From assembly GCA_032126435.1 (NCBI GenBank), contig JAQBBE010000313.1, forward strand, positions 1 to 42,624: 42,624 bases of DNA, in the 5' to 3' direction. Shown one piece after another: positions 8,701-16,773 of the stretch. Source of the DNA: Desulfobacterales bacterium. Its GTDB lineage: Bacteria; Desulfobacterota; Desulfobacteria; Desulfobacterales; UBA11574. The notes under the pieces were generated by a model that had not been told where the DNA came from, made no database searches, and saw only the letters and a list, made by a program, of their open reading frames with translations. Within the stretch, counting starts at the first letter, position 1, and each line of letters starts with the position of its first letter. Position numbers and translations under genes: made by a program.

Positions 8701-10431
8701 ATGACACATAAGATTGTTTTAAAGGACGCTTTCAAGCGCTTTACGCTGGACCAGGACAAAATAATTTCGCCTGAAGAAACGGTAAAACACTTTAAGGAGA
8801 AATTAAGAAAGGTGGATATGGACATCCTTGAATATACCGTAAGGATCGATAACGGAAGATTGGATATCCCGATTTATTTCAGCAGTTGCGGCAAGGATGC
8901 AGTGGAAATTATTGGAACGAAAAAACAGATGGGAAAAGGAGCCACCCCCCAGCAGGCTGAAGCCAGCGCTGTGATGGAGCTGGCAGAACGGTTTAGCTTC
9001 TTTAGTTTCTGCAAAGATTCTGAAAACTTTTTTGTTGAACAGTATTGTAATGTTACGGAAAACGCAATTCCGTTTGAGATGATCGCTCAATCTGTTCACG
9101 ATGATTCAGAAGATTTGGACCTGGCCCGAAAGATATTTGAAACCCTGCCTTTGAAATGGACAAAGGGGTTTAATTTAACCCGAAATCAAGAAGTCGTTAT
9201 TCCCTTTAACTGGTTTTTTACAATCAACGAATTCAATGGTCCATCTGCCGGCAATTGCGTTGAGGAAGCCCTTTCTCAGGGAATCTGTGAAATCGTGGAA
9301 AGGCATGTGTCTTCCATTATCAGTCAAAACCGGCTGAAAGTACCCGCAATTTCTTTAGATTCAGCGACAGATCCGATCGTTGTGGAAATGATACAAAAAT
9401 ACAGACGCGCCGGGGTTGAAGTATACCTTTCGGATTTTTCCCTGGACATGGGAATCCCTACCGTGGGTGCGCTGGCCTATGACCCGTCTACATTTCCGGA
9501 AAAAAGTGAAATTGTGTGGACAGCCGGAACTACACCTGATCCACAAAAGGCGTTAAGCCGTGCCCTTACAGAAGTGGCTCAACTTGCCGGAGATTTTAAT
9601 ACCGCCTCCAATTATGTGGCCAGCGGCCTTCCCAAATTCACGAAAATTGAGGATGCGGATTATATTATCAATCCTGACGTCAAAACAGATATTAAAAGCC
9701 TACCCCAACTTTCAAACGAAAATATCAAAGTTGAAGTGGAAAACTGCATATCTGCTTTGGCAAAAAAAGGGTTGGAAGTCATCGTCGTCAACACCATGCA
9801 CCCCCTCCTTGAAATACCGGCGTTCTATACCATAATACCGGGGGCACATTTTAGAGAGCGATCCCTTGGGACCAGTGTGGGGATGTTCTCGAGCAAAATT
9901 ATCACGGAAAACGAAACACCCGAAAATGCCATCAAAGAACTTAAACGGATCGAAAATATACTCAAGGGGAAATATTACGTCAAATTTTATCTCGGCTCAT
10001 GCCACCTCGCTCTCAATGACCCGGCAACAGCCTTCAGATATTTTACCCAGGCTTTGGAACTCGACCCGACAAAACAGGATATACCCAGCATCTATTCTTA
10101 CATGGGCGTCTGCTTAAATGAAATGGGGAAATACCGTGAAGCCCTCGCCGCATTAAAACAGGCTGAAAAGTATGACAAAGAAAGAACGGATATTTACAAC
10201 TTAATGGGGTTCAGCCATTTTAAACTCAAGGAACACGAAAGGGCCATCGCGTATTTCAAAAAAGTTCTACAGCTCGATCCGAGTTCGGCCATTGACTATG
10301 CGAATATTGCCTCAAATTACCGGGATATGGGACAAACAGAAAAAGCCATACAATATTATGAAACGGCATTGGCAATGGATCCATCAATAGACTTTGCAAG
10401 AGATAATTTGGTAAAGCTGCGGCGGAACTGA
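8701..10431 (+). CDS. YcaO-domain protein with C-terminal TPR repeats
   Basis: YcaO hallmarks GKGATPQQAEASAVMELAERFSFF and GPSAGNCVEEALSQGICEIVERH. The C-terminal ~150 aa holds 4-5 TPR units (..AFRYFTQALELDP.., ..AIAYFKKVLQLDP.., ..AIQYYETALAMDP..). Confidence 0.9.
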   Translation: MTHKIVLKDAFKRFTLDQDKIISPEETVKHFKEKLRKVDMDILEYTVRIDNGRLDIPIYFSSCGKDAVEIIGTKKQMGKGATPQQAEASAVMELAERFSFFSFCKDSENFFVEQYCNVTENAIPFEMIAQSVHDDSEDLDLARKIFETLPLKWTKGFNLTRNQEVVIPFNWFFTINEFNGPSAGNCVEEALSQGICEIVERHVSSIISQNRLKVPAISLDSATDPIVVEMIQKYRRAGVEVYLSDFSLDMGIPTVGALAYDPSTFPEKSEIVWTAGTTPDPQKALSRALTEVAQLAGDFNTASNYVASGLPKFTKIEDADYIINPDVKTDIKSLPQLSNENIKVEVENCISALAKKGLEVIVVNTMHPLLEIPAFYTIIPGAHFRERSLGTSVGMFSSKIITENETPENAIKELKRIENILKGKYYVKFYLGSCHLALNDPATAFRYFTQALELDPTKQDIPSIYSYMGVCLNEMGKYREALAALKQAEKYDKERTDIYNLMGFSHFKLKEHERAIAYFKKVLQLDPSSAIDYANIASNYRDMGQTEKAIQYYETALAMDPSIDFARDNLVKLRRN

Positions 10432-10462
10432 TCCGATCATTTCTGAACTTAGGGGCTTCGCT

Positions 10463-10567
10463 CCAATTGGAATAATGGAATGATGGGTTTAAAAAAAAAT
10501 ACTATTTAAAGAGGTTAGTTCCGCTCTTACGGCCAATATTCCAGCATTCCATTCTTCCATTCCGATG
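10463..10567. repeat. inverted repeat (GGAATGATGG-type arms) between convergent genes
   Basis: AATGGAATGATGG (left arm) versus the reverse complement of CCAGCATTCCATT (right arm, i.e. AATGGAATGCTGG) matches 12 of 13 positions. Further GGAAT/ATTCC units flank it. It may act as a bidirectional terminator. Confidence 0.45.
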
Positions 10568-10639
10568 ATATAAACAGATTGCCATAAAAGAATTTGTGAT
10601 TTCGTTAAGTTGTAGAATTTCCGAGACGTTTATTTAGGC

Positions 10640-11425
10640 TCAATTCGGCTTCAGCAACTCTTGTGCGAGACGGGTATAATCTTCTGAACCGAAGCTGCTC
10701 GGTCTGAAAAAAATTACAGGCTTGCCGGCTCCGGCACTTTCGGCAATGGTGGTATTCGTCCTTATTACCGTGTCGAAAAGCAAATCAGAATATCTTGAAT
10801 CATTTTTCAGTTTCTCCAAGATGCTATGACTGATTCGGGTCCGAGAGTCGAATAATGTCGCAACAACACCGATCACTCTAAGATCCGTGTTAATGTTTTC
10901 CCGGACGGCAAAAATGGTATCAAAAAGCTCATCCAGTGCTGAATAAGCATACGGATGCGTCTGACACGGCACAATAACCTCTTTGGCATAGGACAATACG
11001 TTGACCGTCAGCAGTGAAAGGCTGGGAGGTGTATCAAGAATTATAAAATCATATATGCCGTATAGGCTTTCAAGACCATCTTTTAACCTGTTTTCCCGTC
11101 CCACCTTATCAACAAGTTCAATCTCCGCACCGGCAAGATCCACATGAGACGGTATAAGATCGAGCCCATCCCATCCTGTCGGTACAATTACATCCGCCGA
11201 TTTAATCGATTGATGGTCTTTTATGAGATCATACACCGTCAACATACCTTCTTTAACATCGACGCCGAGTCCTCGTGTCGCATTAAACTGCGGGTCCATG
11301 TCCACGACAAGAACGGTTTTCCCTTCCTTGCACAAAGCCGCTGCAAGGTTAATGACGGTTACGGTTTTACCAACGCCGCCTTTTTCATTGGCCACAGCGA
11401 TGATTCTGGTCTGCTTATCACCCAT
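10640..11425 (-). CDS. ParA/MinD-family ATPase (orphan, no ParB)
   Basis: Deviant Walker A NEKGGVGKT, plus DMDPQ and FIILDTPPS. ATG at 11425 (MGDKQTRIIAV...) sits 8 nt after GGGGAGG and is preferred over the track start at 11449. Confidence 0.9.
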   Translation of the reverse strand: MGDKQTRIIAVANEKGGVGKTVTVINLAAALCKEGKTVLVVDMDPQFNATRGLGVDVKEGMLTVYDLIKDHQSIKSADVIVPTGWDGLDLIPSHVDLAGAEIELVDKVGRENRLKDGLESLYGIYDFIILDTPPSLSLLTVNVLSYAKEVIVPCQTHPYAYSALDELFDTIFAVRENINTDLRVIGVVATLFDSRTRISHSILEKLKNDSRYSDLLFDTVIRTNTTIAESAGAGKPVIFFRPSSFGSEDYTRLAQELLKPN

Positions 11426-11521
11426 AATTAATACCTCCCCTGTTGTCATCGGTTATTTGGTATTGCCCTAATTGAACGAACGTCGAGGACGCCCCAGATC
11501 AAAGGCATCACAGACAACTGT

Positions 11522-13783
11522 TTATACATCGGCCAATGCGAATGTCCTGATATTTTCGCATACTGTGTTTATCTTTTCCTCGATTTTTCCGGCAGCAACC
11601 GCCATCTCTTGAAGTGTTGTCGACGCCTGCTCCTTGTCAATCAGCTTGTCGTTTATCAGTTCAAGGGTATTTGAAAGATCTGCGGCATACACCTGAAAAC
11701 GATCGATCAGCGACTCATAAAGGCTGTTTGATACCGCCTCAACAATTTTATACATATATTGGAATTTGATGTTCTCTTGATAATCTTTGAAGAAAAAAGC
11801 CATCGATCTTTCTGTTTCACGTTTCATACGCAAAACACCCGCCTGCAGCGCGAGTATTCCTTCTTCATTTTCCCTTTCAATCGGTTTTTTTAATAATTTT
11901 TTAAAAAACTTAACAACTGTGTAAAAACCAAGACGCATCACAGCTTCGGTTTTTATTTTAGCCGTATAGCGCATGTATGCAACTGCCGCCGGAAGGGTTA
12001 ACCCTGTGATCGCTTTAATCGTATCGACGTCCGGAAGATCGATCCTTTTCGGGCTTTCATTAGAACGGATGATCCCAAAATTTTCCATCATGCCGTTATA
12101 GCCAACAATAGCATCCTGTACCATGGCATCGAATGGATCTGCGATGGACTCGAGATGTTCATGAATCCGTTTCTCTTTTTCTCTCATAAAACGGATAACT
12201 TCAGGATTTATTGTTTCGGTCATGTAAGTGTCGAGCGCTTGCTTGAATTCCTGAAACACCAGATAGAGGGTGTTCTGGAAACCAGAAGCTTTAAGATTTT
12301 CTTCATATTTTTGGTAAGATATTTTATAATCTCTAATAAATTCAATAATACCCTGCAATAGATCACCGGACCGGATATCAAAAAAACGTTCAATATCCGT
12401 TTTTAGATCACGGTTAACTTTTTTCGTGGAACCAGCCAGTGTATTTTTTATCACCGACTTGATCTGACTTATCCCTTCCTGATGCTTCTTTATCTTTTCA
12501 ACGATTTCATTGGCACTGTGGGCATCTCGTGTAAGCATGTTCTGATTGAAGTTTATCCAACGCTCCATTCCGGATGAAATTATACGAAGACGTTCAAGAT
12601 GATTTTTTAACAAAAGGGAATAACTTCCCCGGGTCAGCCTGCTGTAAAAAGATGATTCAAACCGCGCTGTTTCTGAGTCTGAAAAAGCGGTAAGTTCCGG
12701 TTCTTTTTCCCATTGTTCCAGTCTAAGCCGATCTTTTTGTGACGGATTCGCACGTTGAGCTTTGAACAGGTTAAACAGTGCGGAAAGGGAATAAATTTCC
12801 GGAGCTGGTTTGATCAATTCAAGTTCTTCTTTGACGTTTTTAATCAGAAAATTAAGATCATTTATCGATTCATGTTCACTGAAATCACAATTAATTACAA
12901 AAAGTATATTGTCTATAATCCCCATTTTTTTGATGATGGATAAAAATTTTATGTCCGCTTCGCGAAGTCCGGTTCTGCTGCTGACGACATATACAATAAG
13001 ATGCGTTAAGAGCAGATAATCCTGTATCATGGCAAGGTGAAGCGGGTTCGGGGAATCGCTGCCTTGACAATCCGCAATTTCGATATTGCTGTCGATATTT
13101 CCGGAGTCGATTTCCAGCTGAATATCTTTCAGATACACCGCCATGGACCCATCTCCCACGAAAGTCCAGTGCTCGGAAAATAGCTCGTTTTCGTATTGAC
13201 TTGTCAGTGTTTCAAGTGAAATCAAATCTTTTACCTTTTCGTATCCTTTAAGGTAGGATGTCAGAAGTATATTATTCACATTGCGGGCACCGTTGGAAAT
13301 CAGGTGTTCTGAATTCAGGGAGATGAGCGCCTTCTCAAGGTCCATCCGCTCTTTTTTTTGCCGGATGTCAAACCTGTAATTTTCATTGCGCCACTCTAAG
13401 GAGGGAAACAGAATCAACGCCTGCTCCATATCCGAGTTAATTTCATCCCAGGATTTGAACAGCAGTTTTGCTTTAAGCTTTTTTCCCTTGCGAACGCGTG
13501 TAACAATGGATGTTACAACGCCAGCCCCTCGCTTTAAGTATTCGCCTTTAAAAAGTGAATTTATAAATGTACTTTTACCGGATTTTATCGGGCCGACAAC
13601 CGCAACGCGAATAATCTCTCCGGACATCTGATTTTTAATGGCGTCACAAGTTTTCTGCCAGTCAGCAAACGTAGGGTCTGACGCTCCGATGATCGATCGG
13701 GCATCGGGGAAAAAACCAGAAATATCTTTATTTATCTGAAGAATATCTTCTTTAATTGAGTTGTATGTCGTCATTTTAACCAT
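11522..13783 (-). CDS. dynamin-family GTPase (bacterial dynamin-like protein)
   Basis: 753 aa. N-terminal GTPase with G1 VAVVGPIKSGKSTFINSLF, G3-like IADCQGSD and G4-like VINCDF, followed by a ~450-aa helical region. The family call rests on motif and architecture resemblance only. Confidence 0.75.
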   Translation of the reverse strand: MVKMTTYNSIKEDILQINKDISGFFPDARSIIGASDPTFADWQKTCDAIKNQMSGEIIRVAVVGPIKSGKSTFINSLFKGEYLKRGAGVVTSIVTRVRKGKKLKAKLLFKSWDEINSDMEQALILFPSLEWRNENYRFDIRQKKERMDLEKALISLNSEHLISNGARNVNNILLTSYLKGYEKVKDLISLETLTSQYENELFSEHWTFVGDGSMAVYLKDIQLEIDSGNIDSNIEIADCQGSDSPNPLHLAMIQDYLLLTHLIVYVVSSRTGLREADIKFLSIIKKMGIIDNILFVINCDFSEHESINDLNFLIKNVKEELELIKPAPEIYSLSALFNLFKAQRANPSQKDRLRLEQWEKEPELTAFSDSETARFESSFYSRLTRGSYSLLLKNHLERLRIISSGMERWINFNQNMLTRDAHSANEIVEKIKKHQEGISQIKSVIKNTLAGSTKKVNRDLKTDIERFFDIRSGDLLQGIIEFIRDYKISYQKYEENLKASGFQNTLYLVFQEFKQALDTYMTETINPEVIRFMREKEKRIHEHLESIADPFDAMVQDAIVGYNGMMENFGIIRSNESPKRIDLPDVDTIKAITGLTLPAAVAYMRYTAKIKTEAVMRLGFYTVVKFFKKLLKKPIERENEEGILALQAGVLRMKRETERSMAFFFKDYQENIKFQYMYKIVEAVSNSLYESLIDRFQVYAADLSNTLELINDKLIDKEQASTTLQEMAVAAGKIEEKINTVCENIRTFALADV

Positions 13784-14271
13784 AAATTTCTAATGTTGAC
13801 AGATTTTTAAAAATCTTTAATGGGTATCCATTTTAAAAAAATGCTTGGGTTGCGGACAAGGAATCATCTTTGCAAAACCTTCAATTTTTTAGAATAGAAA
13901 ATATTAACACCCCATCCAGGCATTCATGATTCCGTTGGCCGTTAAATTCAAGGCATAATGCGTAGCGGCGCTTTTTTATTACAATGTATTAAATTAATTG
14001 TCAAAGTGATTTCCCTTGATCGCCTTTGGGAAAAAAATATCGTATTCCGTATTCAGCATTTCACGGTTCTCCAGAAATACACGTGTTCGGAACACCGGTG
14101 ATCGGATGGACTCCCTTTTTCTGCAAATCGAAATGTTTCATTTTTTGCCTTATGGACATAATGGGTTGTAAGATATGAAAATTTATGATATTAATGATTT
14201 CAATCGTTTTATTATGCAATCAAAGACCGTTTTTAAGACGGAAACCAATAGATGAAGGGAAAATTTGATCC

Positions 14272-14415
14272 ATGTCAGAAAAACATCCTGAATGCCCCCT
14301 ATATAATCCCTTAAATTGCAAAGAATATTACAATCCCAAACTCTGTGCATTTGTAAGGAAAGACAAAGTTTGTCTTAAAAAAAAGAAACCGAAAAAGAAA
14401 CCAAAATCGAAATAA
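14272..14415 (+). CDS. candidate small Cys-rich basic protein (47 aa), absent from the ORF track
   Basis: ATG at 14272 to TAA at 14413-14415 gives MSEKHPECPLYNPLNCKEYYNPKLCAFVRKDKVCLKKKKPKKKPKSK. AAGGGA lies about 11 nt upstream. Four Cys sit at positions 8, 16, 25 and 34, and YNPxxC occurs twice. No homology check was possible. Confidence 0.35.
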   Translation: MSEKHPECPLYNPLNCKEYYNPKLCAFVRKDKVCLKKKKPKKKPKSK

Positions 14416-14519
14416 TATCTTATCGCAGTGTTAAGAAAAACGGTATTTGATGCGGAATAAAAAGGGGGAAACGGCTGGTATAAACATTTGTTAACATTTT
14501 TTTTAATACCTAAGATATA

Positions 14520-15089
14520 TTATGCATGACCGGATGTGCTCAAAAGCAAGGCCGGATCTACACCGATCTTATTTAAAGATTCTTCCCAGCGTATTTCAAT
14601 CGGCATATCAAATATAATTTCTTCAAAAATAGGAGATGTCAGCCAGGCATCTTCTTTTATTTCCGACTCCAGCTGCCCGGGTCCCCAGCCGGCACACCCA
14701 AGGGCAATAATAAATGATTTGGGGCCTCTATCCATGGCAAGCGATTCCAGAATATCTCTGGTATTGCTTATGGCAAGCCTCGGGGTAATCATACGACACC
14801 CCTCCCAAGCAAATGGGGGTCCGTGGAGTACAAAGATCTCACCCATATGAACCGGTCCTCCAATGTGAATGGGAATGGATTCCGCGCTAGATGCAGACTC
14901 CATTTTAAGCTCATTAAAAATATCCTTTCCAGACAAGGTAGGATGAACTCTGTTTACAACAATACCCAAAGCCCCTGCCGGAGCATATTCGCAAATACAG
15001 GTAACGGTCTGGTAAAAATTCTGATCCAGCAGCGAAGGCATGGCCATGAGAAACTGACCTTTAAAAGTATCCGGTGAATTATTTTCCAT
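14520..15089 (-). CDS. YqgE/AlgH family protein (UPF0301)
   Basis: FKGQFLMAMPSLLDQNF..., GALGIVVNR, ALGCAGWGPGQLESEI. ATG at 15089 is preceded by GGAGG at 8 nt, so the track start at 15131 is over-extended. Confidence 0.9.
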   Translation of the reverse strand: MENNSPDTFKGQFLMAMPSLLDQNFYQTVTCICEYAPAGALGIVVNRVHPTLSGKDIFNELKMESASSAESIPIHIGGPVHMGEIFVLHGPPFAWEGCRMITPRLAISNTRDILESLAMDRGPKSFIIALGCAGWGPGQLESEIKEDAWLTSPIFEEIIFDMPIEIRWEESLNKIGVDPALLLSTSGHA

Positions 15090-15286
15090 ATTTTGCCTCC
15101 AAAGAGACGTCTTCGACGTATTGGGAATCACCTTTTTTTAGGGGCGGTATACTGACCCGCCACCTCGCGAGTGTGCGCCAAGTGAGTGCGCTGAAGCAAG
15201 TGTTGTATAACGATGCGATGCTTTTTTGTTAAGGAATACGTTTATCTCCGGTTTTTGTCAAGAATACAAACGCAAGCAGTTTCTTT

Positions 15287-15315
15287 TTGACAGTTGGAAC
15301 TGTTCAACATATAAT
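15287..15315 (+). promoter_or_regulatory. consensus sigma-70 promoter upstream of the glycerate kinase gene
   Basis: TTGACA (15287-15292), 17-nt spacer, TATAAT (15310-15315), about 67 nt before the ATG at 15382. Confidence 0.55.
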
Positions 15316-15381
15316 TTTTACAATATTTGATCCATATTAAGATATTTCTCTAAGTGAACATACCGGCGATAACGAGCACTT

Positions 15382-16725
15382 ATGGGTATTCATTCAAAAA
15401 GTATCTCCGCAATGAAAAAGGATGCAGCTGAAATTTTTTACAAAGGCTTACAAGCTGTTGAGCCTGGAGCTGCCATCAAGCGATGCTGCAAGCTTGACGG
15501 TGAATCCCTTTTGGTTGGAAATCGGACATATCACCTCCCTCAATATAAAAATTTGTATGTGATCGGCGCAGGAAAAGCCACGGCTCCGATGGCGGCAGCT
15601 TTAGAGGATATTCTTGAGGAGAGGATTTCAGAAGGCATCATCACCGTAAAATATGATCATCTTGCCGACCTTCAACGAATCAATCTTGTAGAAGCCGGTC
15701 ATCCTTTACCTGACCCAAACGGAGAAAATGGGGCAAATGCCATACTGAATCTTGCGAAAAAATCAGGAAAGGACGACCTGATATTGTGCCTTTTTTCAGG
15801 CGGGGGGTCGGCCCTGCTCCCACTTCCTTTCAACGGCATTACCCTAAAGGATAAACAGGACACCATCAAAGTGTTGCTTTCCTGTGGCGCCACCATTCAT
15901 GAAATAAATACCCTGCGAAAGCATACTTCAAAAATAAAGGGCGGCAGGCTTGCACGAGCGGCATATCCTGCCACTATTATTTCCCTAATACTTTCAGACG
16001 TGGTGGGAGATGACCTTGATATCATCGCATCAGGTCCGACGGTGCCGGATTCAAGCTCGTTTGCCGATTGCATGGAAATTTTAAAACGACACCACATCAA
16101 AGACAAAATACCCGAAAGCATCTTAAATCATATTGAATCCGGAATTTCCGGTAAAATATCAGAAACGCCGAAACCTGGCGACCCTGCTTTTAAAAGAACG
16201 CAAAATCTGATTATCGCCAGCAACATTGAATCCCTAATGGCTGCCAAAGAAAAAGCCGAACGCTTGGAATACAACGTCATTCTACTGTCCTCAATGATTG
16301 TCGGTGAAACTCGATATGCTGCACAAATCCACGGCGCCATCGCCAAGGAAATCATTAAAACCGGGAACCCGATATCTCCACCCGCCTGTATTCTTTCCGG
16401 TGGGGAAACAACCGTAACCATTTCAGGAAATGGTTTGGGTGGACGGAATCAGGAGTTTGCTCTATCAACAGCCATTGATATTTCGGGTCACAAAAATGTT
16501 GTCGTTCTCAGCGGAGGCACGGATGGTACTGACGGGCCTACTGATGCGGCCGGGGCTTTTTCTGATACCTATACGTTGGAGCGGGCTAAAGAGATGGGGT
16601 TGGATCCGTATCATTTCCTTGCAAACAATGACGCGTATCATTTTTTTGAAAAACTCGACGACCTTTTAATAACGGGCCCCACCAATACCAATGTAATGGA
16701 TCTAAGAATTTTACTTGTTGCCTGA
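15382..16725 (+). CDS. glycerate 2-kinase / hydroxypyruvate reductase family (DUF4147 + MOFRL)
   Basis: 447 aa with LYVIGAGKATAPMA, LFSGGGSALL and VLSGGTDGTDGPTDAAGAF. Confidence 0.88.
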   Translation: MGIHSKSISAMKKDAAEIFYKGLQAVEPGAAIKRCCKLDGESLLVGNRTYHLPQYKNLYVIGAGKATAPMAAALEDILEERISEGIITVKYDHLADLQRINLVEAGHPLPDPNGENGANAILNLAKKSGKDDLILCLFSGGGSALLPLPFNGITLKDKQDTIKVLLSCGATIHEINTLRKHTSKIKGGRLARAAYPATIISLILSDVVGDDLDIIASGPTVPDSSSFADCMEILKRHHIKDKIPESILNHIESGISGKISETPKPGDPAFKRTQNLIIASNIESLMAAKEKAERLEYNVILLSSMIVGETRYAAQIHGAIAKEIIKTGNPISPPACILSGGETTVTISGNGLGGRNQEFALSTAIDISGHKNVVVLSGGTDGTDGPTDAAGAFSDTYTLERAKEMGLDPYHFLANNDAYHFFEKLDDLLITGPTNTNVMDLRILLVA

Positions 16726-16773
16726 TTCAACCTTTGTGGATGGCACCGTTCAGTCGAGCTAAAATAACGTTCC

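Noticed and set aside
14272-14415. The Cys-rich 47-aa ORF as the precursor peptide of the YcaO at 8701-10431.
   Set aside because: It lies about 3.8 kb away, is separated by two opposite-strand genes, and has a poly-Lys tail unlike known YcaO substrates. Linkage is not supported by the sequence, so it is kept only as an independent small-ORF candidate.
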